IMG/VR virus record: IMGVR_UViG_3300037781_000208
Location: 18,840 to 82,839 of that record
Direction: 5' to 3' (one strand)
DNA: 64,000 nt
Source of the DNA: a virus
Taxonomy: Duplodnaviria > Caudoviricetes
Shown here in pieces: positions 37,533 to 46,525 of the stretch (position 1 is its first letter; each line of letters opens with the position of its first letter). The position numbers and the translations under genes were made by a program. Below the pieces are notes generated by a model. The model worked only from the letters and a program-made list of their open reading frames with translations, was not told the origin of the DNA and ran no database searches.

Positions 37533-37787
37533 CTACTTTTCCAGATGGCCCACGAACCCGGTCGCTGATGTTTTCAATGGCTTTCCGTATGTCGCCGGAT
37601 CGAGCTTCTGCAGGGCCTTCTGGCAGGCGGCGATGACCGTATGAATCTCGTCAATCCTACGCTTGGTGACGCTGGATCCGTCATTTGCGTAGGCGGCCAA
37701 GGTCTTCTTCAGTTCAGCCTTTTGCGAGGTTAGGATTTCCTCGACCTCCACCTGGGTAAATCCAATGCTGTAATCAACAACTGCCAT
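37533..37787 (-). CDS. Head-tail joining protein (gpW-like); start MAVVDY at 37787
   Basis: Small protein between terminase and portal genes. Confidence 0.65.
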   Translation of the reverse strand: MAVVDYSIGFTQVEVEEILTSQKAELKKTLAAYANDGSSVTKRRIDEIHTVIAACQKALQKLDPATYGKPLKTSATGFVGHLEK

Positions 37788-37811
37788 TGAACAATTTGGA
37801 CCTGTCAACCC

Positions 37812-38120
37812 ATGACTGATGCTGAACTGATAGAGGAATTTATTGAAGTTGAGAAAGATGCTGAGAATGGCACTCACATCTATGTGAAGATGATTGAGTG
37901 GAATGGACAAACGCCGTTCACGAATCCAGTACGGGCTGTAACGCTTAAGAAGCCACCCTCAGAGGAACGCTTGGATCGGGAGTTCAAGAAAATCCTTGGT
38001 TACAAAAAATACTTTCAGGTTTGCTCTGAATGCGGAGAACGTAACCCAGTGGGATGGATGATTACTGAAATGGGTATCTGCCAGCAATGCGGGACTGAGA
38101 ATCACGGCATTGTCTATTGA
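37812..38120 (+). CDS. Small Zn-finger moron on the opposite strand
   Basis: CSECGE...CQQCG; 102 aa, inserted between terL and the gpW-like gene. Confidence 0.65.
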   Translation: MTDAELIEEFIEVEKDAENGTHIYVKMIEWNGQTPFTNPVRAVTLKKPPSEERLDREFKKILGYKKYFQVCSECGERNPVGWMITEMGICQQCGTENHGIVY

Positions 38121-39925
38121 GACTCTTCTTCTGCGGGCTGATCAACGCTCTCCCGTCCGATGATCTTGAGCATGGTTGCCGCCGCTGCTTGCATGGACTC
38201 ACAGTCCCAGTAATGATTGGCACGCTTGCCGATCTGCTTCCACATCCAAGTGTTCTTTTCCTTCACCCGGTTTTCGCTCTCCATCTGGGAGAGGTAGTCC
38301 TCGTCAATGTCGTCCGGAACTTCCCATGTCGGGCCGTTGGCCGGATCCTGATTGCGGCGAAGCCGGGCCAGCGTGTCCTTGATATTGAGATTCGACCAGT
38401 AGTGAACGAAGCAGTGTCGCCCTGCACCAAGTACCACCTTCCGTCTGGGTGAATAGAAACGCTGGATGGGTGTCTTGCTTTTGGAGCGGTGAGGAAAGGT
38501 CAGACGACGGTCCCCAATCAGGGCGATCCATCCAGTCTTGGAGCATTGTCGGTAAACGTCGTAGGTCGCATGGCCGGCATCGACAAAGACTAGGTTCGAA
38601 TGAATCCCAAAACGCTCCTGCAATGCCTCCACATCCGTAAAGGTGTGCAGCCGTTCATTCCAGACCAGCCGCGAGGATCCGTCCGGTCCCCATGAGCGGA
38701 CAACGGCAAAGAGATGATCCATCTGGCAGTCAACGGTAAGGATGCGAAGTGCAATGACCTGCTCCACAAATGGTGGTGCCACAATCGCCCCGGTTCGGGT
38801 GATGCCTCCTTCCTCCTCCCACGTCTCACCCTTGCGGTAGCCACAGATGGCAATCTCCATCTTGTAGTCCTCGACATATTCCCTCCAGGGGAGCGCGAGG
38901 CGCTTCTGGTAGAACTGTTGCAGGAGACTGGTATCGCCCTGTTTGGCGGCCGCTTTTGCTCGGAGGTAGAGTTCCGCCAGTTTCCCCCACGACATCGCAC
39001 AGAGGGCATTCCAATGAAAGCCTACATTCTCCACGGAGGCGTTCGTGTTGGTACGGATGAACCTGCCTGTAGCGTTCAATTGGCGACGAACCGCATCCGA
39101 ATCCGGGAAGTAATGGTTGCACTCGCAGCAGCGCATGGAAGTGGTCGCACGAACCTCAGAAAAATCCCATTCTCCATCGGCTCCTCGGGCGGACTTTGAC
39201 CATTCGACGTTTTCCCATTCAAAGGGCTGCCGGTGGCCACATTCCGGACAGGCGAAGGTCCACTCGCGCATGTCGGTCGTTTCAAACTTACGGTGGGTGT
39301 CATCATTCTCCTCGCCGCCCTGGGACATGAAGATGCACTTACCCAGCCATCCAAAGGCGGTCACGCGGGCCTCCGCTTCGGCCATGTGCCCGGTCGGCCA
39401 CCTCCACGTTTCATCACCGATCAACCATCGAATGGAACGGCGCTGGAGGTTCGTCTTGTTATGCGCCCCCAGTATCCAGAGCGTCATACCATTGGCAAAA
39501 TGGATCGTATGGTTTCTTCGCTTGTGCCGATCCCTCGGGTAGAGATTTTTAACGGGTTCACATTCCTCAAAGAGCTTCTGGATGCGCGATTCGGATTGGT
39601 CCTTCGCGTCCTCGTCGGTCTGGTCCAGCCAGAGGGTCGGGCCCGGGAGGTTGGCTATAATGTAGCAAAGGGTCAGCTCGGGCACCGTGGTCTTTGAGGA
39701 CTGCACCGAGGCAAGGATCGAGACCACCTTTACCCGCGGATCGACAATCGCTTCCATCACTTCACGTACCCATGGAGAATTGTCCGAGCGAAACCGGCCC
39801 GGCATCGGCGAATACGGAATCGTGGCAATGTGTTCCTCCGCCCATTCCCACGGAGGCCGGCGATCAGGAGGCTTCACGCCCTCGGCAAACATGCTGGCGA
39901 TTTCCCCGTTCATGCCTCCGTCCAT
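38114..39925 (-). CDS. Terminase large subunit, GpA family (likely start 39913)
   Basis: SPWVREVM, ASVQSSKT, LIGDE, FACPECG, LTVDCQ, NHYWDCE. Confidence 0.93.
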   Translation of the reverse strand: MDGGMNGEIASMFAEGVKPPDRRPPWEWAEEHIATIPYSPMPGRFRSDNSPWVREVMEAIVDPRVKVVSILASVQSSKTTVPELTLCYIIANLPGPTLWLDQTDEDAKDQSESRIQKLFEECEPVKNLYPRDRHKRRNHTIHFANGMTLWILGAHNKTNLQRRSIRWLIGDETWRWPTGHMAEAEARVTAFGWLGKCIFMSQGGEENDDTHRKFETTDMREWTFACPECGHRQPFEWENVEWSKSARGADGEWDFSEVRATTSMRCCECNHYFPDSDAVRRQLNATGRFIRTNTNASVENVGFHWNALCAMSWGKLAELYLRAKAAAKQGDTSLLQQFYQKRLALPWREYVEDYKMEIAICGYRKGETWEEEGGITRTGAIVAPPFVEQVIALRILTVDCQMDHLFAVVRSWGPDGSSRLVWNERLHTFTDVEALQERFGIHSNLVFVDAGHATYDVYRQCSKTGWIALIGDRRLTFPHRSKSKTPIQRFYSPRRKVVLGAGRHCFVHYWSNLNIKDTLARLRRNQDPANGPTWEVPDDIDEDYLSQMESENRVKEKNTWMWKQIGKRANHYWDCESMQAAAATMLKIIGRESVDQPAEEESQ

Positions 39926-40530
39926 CCGCTGAAGAATTCATAGGCCTGCCTGCGGGCCTCATCCAAAGCCTTCGCATTCTCCTCCCGGATCCCCACGGCA
40001 TCCTTGCCACAGGAAAGCGGAGGCAACTCATCCTCCAGGCGCTTGTGCAGGATGGCGAAGAGGCGGGCCATGCCTTCGATGATGTTTCGGCGAACCTCCT
40101 CCTTGTGGAGATAATCGCCCCGTTTGATGGCGAGCCTCAATTCGCGCTCCTCGATGTCGACCAGAAGGCGACGGGCTTTCAACGCTTCCTGATTCGCTCC
40201 GGACAATCCCTTGCCGCCTTTGAGCCCATTGAGACGGACAAACTCCCGCCATGCGGTGACATCGTGCTGGCCGTTCGGAAGCGGCTTGGGCGCTCCCTCC
40301 ATCTTCTTCCAAATATTGATCGTTCGCCTTGTGACCGCGAGAATCTCCGCCAGTTCAACGATCGTCTTGGCATAAGCAGTGGTCTTTGAACTGCCCGAGG
40401 CCCGGGCTTCAATCAGGGCACGCTCGGCCGTGGTCAGGGTCTTCCCTGAACCTACTTTGCGGATCAGGTTCTCAAAATCTTTGTTAAGAACCTTCTGTGC
40501 CGCCTGTTCATCGAAGTTCTGCTGTTCCAC
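39910..40530 (-). CDS. Terminase small subunit (Nu1-like, HTH)
   Basis: ELAEILAVTRRTINIWKKMEGAP HTH plus coiled coil; directly upstream of terL. Confidence 0.8.
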   Translation of the reverse strand: MEQQNFDEQAAQKVLNKDFENLIRKVGSGKTLTTAERALIEARASGSSKTTAYAKTIVELAEILAVTRRTINIWKKMEGAPKPLPNGQHDVTAWREFVRLNGLKGGKGLSGANQEALKARRLLVDIEERELRLAIKRGDYLHKEEVRRNIIEGMARLFAILHKRLEDELPPLSCGKDAVGIREENAKALDEARRQAYEFFSGWTEA

Positions 40531-40537
40531 ATCTGAT

Positions 40538-41233
40538 TTACTTCATGAGGAGCCAACCGGCGAATTGCAGATGCCGGTAGACCAGTTCATAGCGGACAAA
40601 GCCAACACGGCGAAAGAGTGCCTCGTTCTCAGCCACGGTCTGCGGGAACATCTGGCCACGCAGGGCAGCGGACTTGTTGAGAACCTCCTCGGGACTGAGC
40701 CCGTTCTCCAGCTTCATCTCCCAATACAGGGACTGGGTGATGTCCTGGAATTCCGGAATGCTCCCAAGAACCTTCTCAACAACGAAGAAGCCGCCTCCTC
40801 GTTTGAGGGAGTCATAGCATACAGACAGTACCGTTTGCTTGGCCCCTGGCCGGAGGAACTGGAGCGTATAGAGGGACACCCCGTAGTCATGCCCGCTGAT
40901 TTGGGTGAGCATGGAAAGGTCGCAGAAATGGACATCGACCCCCTTTGCCTTGGCCTGCTGGATCATCGCCCGGGAGTTGTCGTAGCCGATGACCTTGATG
41001 TCCTTCTGGGGATTGCGGGATTGAATTCTCAGCAGGGTCTCTCCGGTGGAGGCCCCAAGGTCGATCACTGTTCCGCCATCCTGCAGGAACCAGTCGGCAA
41101 AGCTCGCCGCCAGATCCTGAATGCGGTCATAATCCGGCACACTCTTTCGAACGTGCTCATCGAAATGAGGGGCGACCTTCTCGTCGAACACCCAGTTGCT
41201 GCGGGTTGTCTCAATGCCTTGTCCGGCTTCCAT
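40538..41233 (-). CDS. CmoA-like class I SAM-dependent enzyme
   Basis: WVFDEKVAPHFDEHVRKSVPDY, DLGASTG, DNSRAM, YTLQFL, VVEK match the CmoA layout. Confidence 0.8.
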   Translation of the reverse strand: MEAGQGIETTRSNWVFDEKVAPHFDEHVRKSVPDYDRIQDLAASFADWFLQDGGTVIDLGASTGETLLRIQSRNPQKDIKVIGYDNSRAMIQQAKAKGVDVHFCDLSMLTQISGHDYGVSLYTLQFLRPGAKQTVLSVCYDSLKRGGGFFVVEKVLGSIPEFQDITQSLYWEMKLENGLSPEEVLNKSAALRGQMFPQTVAENEALFRRVGFVRYELVYRHLQFAGWLLMK

Positions 41234-41256
41234 GCCGGGGAAGCTGATGTCAACGA

Positions 41257-41679
41257 TTAGCCCGGAAGCATCATCAGTTCCTGATCGGTTACCCGGACCG
41301 CCCCGATACCGTAGCGGGCGTACATTCCGCGCGTCATGGGGTTGCTTTCCAGACCGAAATATCCGCTTTCCCCGTACTTTGGAAAGATGCGGTTTTTAAG
41401 CAGGTGCTCCTTGATCTGGTGAGGACGTGAACTGATTTCTGCGAAATAGGAATCCATTGGCGACCAGCCGGTCTTCTCCGCGATTCGCGCCAAGGTGACT
41501 TCCTGATAGCGGTTGGGCCGGGCTGTGATGAGGATGACCCGGTGCGGGCGAAGCAGATCGACCAGCCACTGCCTGTACTCCTCCTGTTCAATTTGCCGGA
41601 TGAAGGGCCGGATTGGCGGAGTCCCACGCTTCGGAGAATTCCCCACAAGGGTGTAGTTAAGATCTAGGAGATAAATCAT
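41257..41679 (-). CDS. HAD-superfamily phosphatase-like protein
   Basis: LLDLNYTLV (DxD-like motif I), ILITARP (motif II), HLLK, GLESN. Confidence 0.65.
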   Translation of the reverse strand: MIYLLDLNYTLVGNSPKRGTPPIRPFIRQIEQEEYRQWLVDLLRPHRVILITARPNRYQEVTLARIAEKTGWSPMDSYFAEISSRPHQIKEHLLKNRIFPKYGESGYFGLESNPMTRGMYARYGIGAVRVTDQELMMLPG

Positions 41680-43187
41680 AGCTTCCCTCCCAATCGTTTT
41701 TCAAAGGCCGCAATTGCCTCTTGGGCCAAGCCCATCCGGGTGCCGTCCGGGTATGGCAGATCAAATTCAAATTCAAGAGCCGCCCTGAGCCGGTCCTTGT
41801 CGACTGGCAGGGCGTGGGCGCATGTAGCGGTGATGTTATTACTCATCTCCCTTACTTTGACGGAGCGAAAGAAGGGAGTCCAGAGCTGATGGAATTCTTT
41901 CTCGGTGTGGTACTTTTGGACCTTCGGTTTGTCCTGAAAATCACCGATGCGAATGCCGCTTTCGTAATCGAGGCGAAAGGCGATGTTCGCCGAGTTGGAC
42001 TTGTTCAAGAAGGCCTTGCCGTTGACCTGTCGCCAACCGGTTTCGCTCACGCTGGAGGCGCAGGCATAGACTTTTGTTTCCGGGCGGCAGAGTGCCTGGA
42101 GGATGACCGCGATGTGCTCGCGGTCCGATTGAAACGGCACCGAGTTGAGGACACTCGCGAGAAAGATCGATGTCCATTCCTGACCGCCCGACACCGCTTC
42201 CAAAAACTCCCGACAGATGACGAGGCTCTTGTCCTTGTCGATCTCTGAGCGGGTGATGTGGTAGGGCTCGAAGGCTGTCACCTCAAAACCGGCCGCCCGG
42301 AGGATCTTCGTTTCCGTGAGATGGCCGGCGCCGAAGTCGAGGATCCGGGTCCCATGTTCGCGCACCCATGCCGCCTTCTGTTTTGCATTGAAGATGTCGA
42401 AGGTGTGGCATGGCTTGGATCCATGGACGGCAAAGATGAAGCCGTTGCCCAATTCCTCCCGGACGCGCCGGGCCCGCCGGAATGAGTTGTAGCGAAGGAG
42501 GTCGTCGTAACGACTCTCCACATCAAAATCCATGGAAAGCAGATTCATCATCGCCTCCGCGAAAGCCGCCTCATCGTCCGAAACATACACCACCGGGGCG
42601 GTGTCGATCTTCTTCTCCGCAAGCATCTCCAATCGGCCAATGCCATTGATGACTGTTCCGTCGCCCTTGCAAATAATCGGCATCAGAATCCCGTGGCGGT
42701 GAAGGGTCCGGGCAAGGTTTCTGGCATACTGCATCCAGCGGTTGGAATTTGTCCTGCACAGTTCCTTCACACTTACCTGATTGGGAGTGAGACAGCGAAT
42801 GAACTCCGGGGAGTCGACCGCCTTGTCGGGAATGGCCTCTGCCAACCGGTGGACATCGAGGGCGGCCAGTTCCCTCGTCGCTTTCTGCGGAGTAGTGTTC
42901 CAGTCAAAGTCATTGGTCGCCCGATTGAAGACAATGTTCAGCGCCTTGCGCTGGGCCAAGTCCATCGGGCGGGTGCGGAACACTGGCAACTGCTTCGCCC
43001 CCATTCGGGTCGCCACCAGATGTCGCTGGTGCCCGGACAGAATCTCCCCGTTCGCATCGGCAAAGATAGGTGCCAGAAAACCGAGTTTCCGAAGGGAGAG
43101 CTCAATCAGATCCAGTCGTTCGGGATCGGCACTGCGGGGATTATAGGTGCTGGGCTGGATGGCCTCGATGTCTTCCAGGCGAATCAT
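41676..43187 (-). CDS. Tandem ParB / Srx-like domains fused to a Rossmann methyltransferase-like domain
   Basis: YNPR...GEILSGHQR; second domain GILMPII...VINGIGR; C-terminal ILDFGAG...TAFEPY...ASVLNSVPF. Confidence 0.8.
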   Translation of the reverse strand: MIRLEDIEAIQPSTYNPRSADPERLDLIELSLRKLGFLAPIFADANGEILSGHQRHLVATRMGAKQLPVFRTRPMDLAQRKALNIVFNRATNDFDWNTTPQKATRELAALDVHRLAEAIPDKAVDSPEFIRCLTPNQVSVKELCRTNSNRWMQYARNLARTLHRHGILMPIICKGDGTVINGIGRLEMLAEKKIDTAPVVYVSDDEAAFAEAMMNLLSMDFDVESRYDDLLRYNSFRRARRVREELGNGFIFAVHGSKPCHTFDIFNAKQKAAWVREHGTRILDFGAGHLTETKILRAAGFEVTAFEPYHITRSEIDKDKSLVICREFLEAVSGGQEWTSIFLASVLNSVPFQSDREHIAVILQALCRPETKVYACASSVSETGWRQVNGKAFLNKSNSANIAFRLDYESGIRIGDFQDKPKVQKYHTEKEFHQLWTPFFRSVKVREMSNNITATCAHALPVDKDRLRAALEFEFDLPYPDGTRMGLAQEAIAAFEKRLGGKL

Positions 43188-43837
43188 ATGCCGAGCCGTT
43201 TCTTGAGTTCCTTCAATACGGATTCCTTGTCGAATCCCACCTCCTGTTTCACGGAATCAATCCAGGTGAGGTAGTCCTCCTGGGGGAGCTTGAATCGGTA
43301 AAGTCCAAGAGCGATAGTCACGTCACCTTTTTCGAGGTCCTCCTCTTCGGCGTCCGTATCATCGGGAGCGTTGCCTTCGGGATTGAGGAGACTGTCCAAG
43401 TCCGCGTCCTCAAAACCGGTGAGGAGCGTATCAAACCCGTCTACCTTGAGGTCATTGACCACGGATTCGAGCGAGTTTAAATCAATGCTGGCCAGCTCCG
43501 CGAGGCGGTTGTCGGCAACAAGCACCGCCATTTCATCGTTCTCGCTGGCAAAATCCTGATAGTCGACCGGCACAAGCTGCAAGCCAAGGTGTTTGGCGGC
43601 GGCAAGGCGACCGTGGCCGGCGACAATCAATCCGCTTCGCTTGGAGACTGTGATTGGGTGACGCCATCCAAAATAGCGGATGTTCTTCCCCAAGAGCTCG
43701 ATCTGGCGGGCGGGGTGCGTGTTCGGGTTGCGAGGGTTGGGTTGCAGATCCTCTACGGGCACAAGTTTGTCAAAGCCGCACCAGACTTCGATGCCATCGG
43801 CCAATCCCTTCGCCTTCACTTCATTGGGTTCGCTCAT
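43184..43837 (-). CDS. ParB / Srx-like domain protein
   Basis: PNPRNPNTHP..QI..L...I..FGW..PI.V...LIVAGHGRL.AAK.LG...VPV, ADNRLAE. Confidence 0.88.
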   Translation of the reverse strand: MSEPNEVKAKGLADGIEVWCGFDKLVPVEDLQPNPRNPNTHPARQIELLGKNIRYFGWRHPITVSKRSGLIVAGHGRLAAAKHLGLQLVPVDYQDFASENDEMAVLVADNRLAELASIDLNSLESVVNDLKVDGFDTLLTGFEDADLDSLLNPEGNAPDDTDAEEEDLEKGDVTIALGLYRFKLPQEDYLTWIDSVKQEVGFDKESVLKELKKRLGI

Positions 43838-43873
43838 GCGGGTGGGCAGGATGTCAATTCACCCGCTTCACAG

Positions 43874-44515
43874 TCAGAGCCCGCTGGCATCGAAGTGTGT
43901 TTCAAGATCGGCAAGGGCTGCGCGGACATTGCCTCCGCAACCCACAGCGATCCGGGCGGCCACATCTTCGGACACTCCCCATCTTCCCATCAGAAAATTC
44001 CTGATCTCGTCCGAGTCGGGGCTAAGCAACTTGATCGCCTGGAACCGGGTTTGAAATCGTTCGGTCAGTTCGCCCAAGTTCAGGTTGCTTGTTCCGATGA
44101 AGGCCCGTCCCGGTGGCAGCTTGTCAAGGTAGGACAGGAGCAGGTCCTGCGCATCCCGTGAGCAGCGGTCGAGTTCGTTGACCAGTTTCACCGTCCACTC
44201 CGAATACAGGCTCCCATAGTGCAGGTCACGCATCCATCCCTTTACGGTCTCAATGGTGACCAGCTTCCCATTCGCCTCCTCGATGCTCCAATGCGAATCG
44301 CTCAGGGATCCGGCGAGCATTTCGGCGATCGTCGTCTTGCCCACTCCGGGCGGTCCGTAGAGCAGCACCTTGAGCGGTGTCCGGCCATTGGCCTTGGCCA
44401 CTTCCGCCTTCGCGATCAGCTTTCTGGCCACGGGGCCGGCAGGTCCGAGAATGTCCTCCGGTCGCTGCGGTCGCCATGACAGGGGCGCAATTATCGTTTT
44501 CGGTGAACCTTTCAT
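43874..44515 (-). CDS. AAA+ ATPase (RarA / clamp-loader-like)
   Basis: GPPGVGKT, VNELD, IGTSN, GNVRAA. Confidence 0.8.
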   Translation of the reverse strand: MKGSPKTIIAPLSWRPQRPEDILGPAGPVARKLIAKAEVAKANGRTPLKVLLYGPPGVGKTTIAEMLAGSLSDSHWSIEEANGKLVTIETVKGWMRDLHYGSLYSEWTVKLVNELDRCSRDAQDLLLSYLDKLPPGRAFIGTSNLNLGELTERFQTRFQAIKLLSPDSDEIRNFLMGRWGVSEDVAARIAVGCGGNVRAALADLETHFDASGL

Positions 44516-44964
44516 AACAGCCCCGATTGCGCGAAGGAGTAGTAGCCGGTCCCACAGGGATCAGCGTCCTTGTCCCCAATTATAACGTGGTCAAGCAGGT
44601 CGATCTGGATGGTCTTGGCCGCCTCCCGCAACTGGCGGGTAGCCCGGATGTCAGCCTGACTCGGGTTTGGATCGCCGCTTGGGTGGTTATGGACCACGAT
44701 CACGGCGGAACTGTTTGCCAGTACTGCTGGGCGGAACACTTCCCGCGGATGGACAAGTGCGGCCGTGGCCGTTCCCTTCGTCACCGCGACCCGTCCGAGA
44801 GGCTTGTTTTTCCGGTTCAGGAGGATGACGTAAAACCACTCAACGGTGGGGTCCGGATCGAACGCGTCCCCCATATATTGAAAAACCCGCTCCGGGGAGT
44901 CTACCACCGTGAGCGGGCCTGATTGGACCAGTTTGTATTTGAGGGACGCCTCGTAGATTCTCAT
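44512..44964 (-). CDS. radC: RadC-like JAB domain protein
   Basis: E.F.VILLN.KN..., VHPREVFR.A, HNHPSGDPNPSQAD, LLDHVIIG. Confidence 0.92.
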   Translation of the reverse strand: MRIYEASLKYKLVQSGPLTVVDSPERVFQYMGDAFDPDPTVEWFYVILLNRKNKPLGRVAVTKGTATAALVHPREVFRPAVLANSSAVIVVHNHPSGDPNPSQADIRATRQLREAAKTIQIDLLDHVIIGDKDADPCGTGYYSFAQSGLL

Positions 44965-45452
44965 GCGTCCACCTCCCGGCGCTCATGCGCCCATCCTTCC
45001 CGGCGAATCCGCCCTCGGAGGGTGTTGATCGGCACATCCATGAGTCGTGCGACATCCTTCGGGGCGCGTCCCTGCACGTAGCATTCCTTGATCGCCTCCC
45101 AGTCGTATTGGGGACGGGGCTTGGTGTTCTGGAAGGGGGTCGGCTCAGGCGCCTTTTCCTCCTCTTCGCTCTCGCCCTGAAAGGCGTCGTAGCGTTCGGC
45201 AGGGGGGGTCGGAATCGACGGTCGGATTTCCGGAACGCCCTCGCCGGTGGACTGCCCGAGAATTTCCGCGACAATCTCCCGGATCAGGGGGACAGGGATT
45301 TCCGTGATGGAGAAGACCAGTCCGGTCAGGCTGGCCCGACCCAGTTGGTCCTTGAGGTGCTTCATCGCAGCCCCTCGCGTTCTTCCGAGGTAGCGGCCCT
45401 CGAACAGGGTCTTGTCGCTTTCCTCGCATACGATCCAGTATAACTTATCCAT
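44961..45452 (-). CDS. Hypothetical protein with a C-terminal HTH; start MDKLYW at 45452
   Basis: GAAAGGA RBS; DWEAIKECYVQGRAPKDVARLMDVPINTLRGRIRREGW. Confidence 0.7.
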   Translation of the reverse strand: MDKLYWIVCEESDKTLFEGRYLGRTRGAAMKHLKDQLGRASLTGLVFSITEIPVPLIREIVAEILGQSTGEGVPEIRPSIPTPPAERYDAFQGESEEEEKAPEPTPFQNTKPRPQYDWEAIKECYVQGRAPKDVARLMDVPINTLRGRIRREGWAHERREVDA

Positions 45453-45720
45453 GGTGTTGTTCCTTTCGGTTTGTTGTTGATTGTGCTGGTTCATTCCAGC
45501 GAAGCAGGTGGCCGGGTGTTTCCGTCACAAGTCCGGTCCGTTTCAACGTCTCGACCAGCCGGGTGTAGTCATCCAGTGTGACTTTCCCCATGAGCCGGGC
45601 ATAGAGTTCGCCGGAGGGCACTTCGCCCGCGTGGCGGATGATTTCAGCGAGGGCCTTGAGTGCCTGGAAAGCGGATTCCAGTTGGTCCCTCAGTTCGGTG
45701 TTTGATGGTCCTGTTGCCAT
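45445..45720 (-). CDS. Small wHTH-like hypothetical protein
   Basis: VPSGELYARLMG...LVETLKRTGLV; start uncertain because the ATG overlaps a putative -10 box. Confidence 0.6.
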   Translation of the reverse strand: MATGPSNTELRDQLESAFQALKALAEIIRHAGEVPSGELYARLMGKVTLDDYTRLVETLKRTGLVTETPGHLLRWNEPAQSTTNRKEQHHG

Positions 45721-45835
45721 GGTATCACTCTGCCAGATTGGTGACAAAATCAAAGAGTAATCTTCGTCTTTCTGTCGTGATAAAATAACGACACATTACT
45801 CTGGAATTGGGTACTCACTCTGGCAGAGTTATAAT
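45718..45835. promoter_or_regulatory. Back-to-back sigma70-like promoters sharing an 11-bp inverted repeat
   Basis: Plus strand TTGGGT(45807)-17-TATAAT(45830); minus strand TTGTCA-17-TACCAT. Both spacers contain TCTGGCAGAGT (45819-45829 and its complement at 45726-45736). Confidence 0.65.
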
Positions 45836-45871
45836 CGGAATAACCTGACAACCAACGAAAGGAACACCGTC

Positions 45872-46222
45872 ATGAATACCGATAAGAATACCAACGCCAC
45901 CCCATGGCCCGCCGTCGGCCAAGGGGCCACCGTCTGCCACTACAGCGACCGAACCGCCTGCACGATCCTCGCCGTCTCAAAGTCCGGAAAGACGATCACC
46001 CTCCAGCCCGACCATGCCGAGCTGGACAACTGGAAGCCGGAAATGATTCCAGGCGGATTCGCCGCCCACTGCACCAACAACCACTCGCAGCGCTACCGCT
46101 ATCGTCCCAATCCCGACGCCCCCGTCTGGAAGGCCCGCAAACGCAAGGATGATCTCTACCGCACGACCAACAACGAACGGGTCATTTCAGGCCGCCACCA
46201 GTTCCACGACTACAACTTCTGA
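45872..46222 (+). CDS. Hypothetical phage protein
   Basis: GAAAGGA RBS; PAVGQGATVCHYSDRTACTI...RHQFHDYNF. Confidence 0.75.
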   Translation: MNTDKNTNATPWPAVGQGATVCHYSDRTACTILAVSKSGKTITLQPDHAELDNWKPEMIPGGFAAHCTNNHSQRYRYRPNPDAPVWKARKRKDDLYRTTNNERVISGRHQFHDYNF

Positions 46223-46228
46223 TTTCCC

Positions 46229-46507
46229 ATGATCGACCTACTGAAAGTCACACCAAAATTCCCACTTGGGAGACTCCTCGCAACCCCCGGTGCCATCGCC
46301 CTCGGGATCAACTTCGCCCCTTACATCAACCGGCATGTCCGGGGTGATTGGGGTGATGTGGATTCGGAGGATTGGGAGCGCAATGATTCCTCCATCGAAG
46401 ACGGGACGAGAATCATTTCCGCTTATCAGACCGCGGCCGGACGCATCTGGATTATCACCGAGGCTGACCGGGCCGTGACCACGGTGCTGTTGCCGAGTGA
46501 GTATTGA
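46229..46507 (+). CDS. Small 'plasmid-related' conserved protein
   Basis: FPLGRLLATPGA...RHVRGDWGDV..ED...ND......RIISAY...IWIITEADR.VTTVLLPSEY. Confidence 0.85.
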   Translation: MIDLLKVTPKFPLGRLLATPGAIALGINFAPYINRHVRGDWGDVDSEDWERNDSSIEDGTRIISAYQTAAGRIWIITEADRAVTTVLLPSEY

Positions 46508-46525
46508 TGTTTATCTGTTGAATGT

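Larger units (their letters stand above)
27386..43857 (-). promoter_or_regulatory. Ten copies of RTTGACA 13-16 nt upstream of late-gene start codons
   Basis: Forward TGTCAA at 27402, 31878, 33392, 34389, 34886, 35795, 37521, 37803, 41248 and 43852. Confidence 0.8.

Noticed and set aside
27386-43857. Reading RTTGACA as an ordinary sigma70 -35 box
   Set aside because: A 17-nt spacer would put the -10 box inside the coding sequence, where no TANNNT consensus is seen (e.g. CCAACA for the capsid gene).
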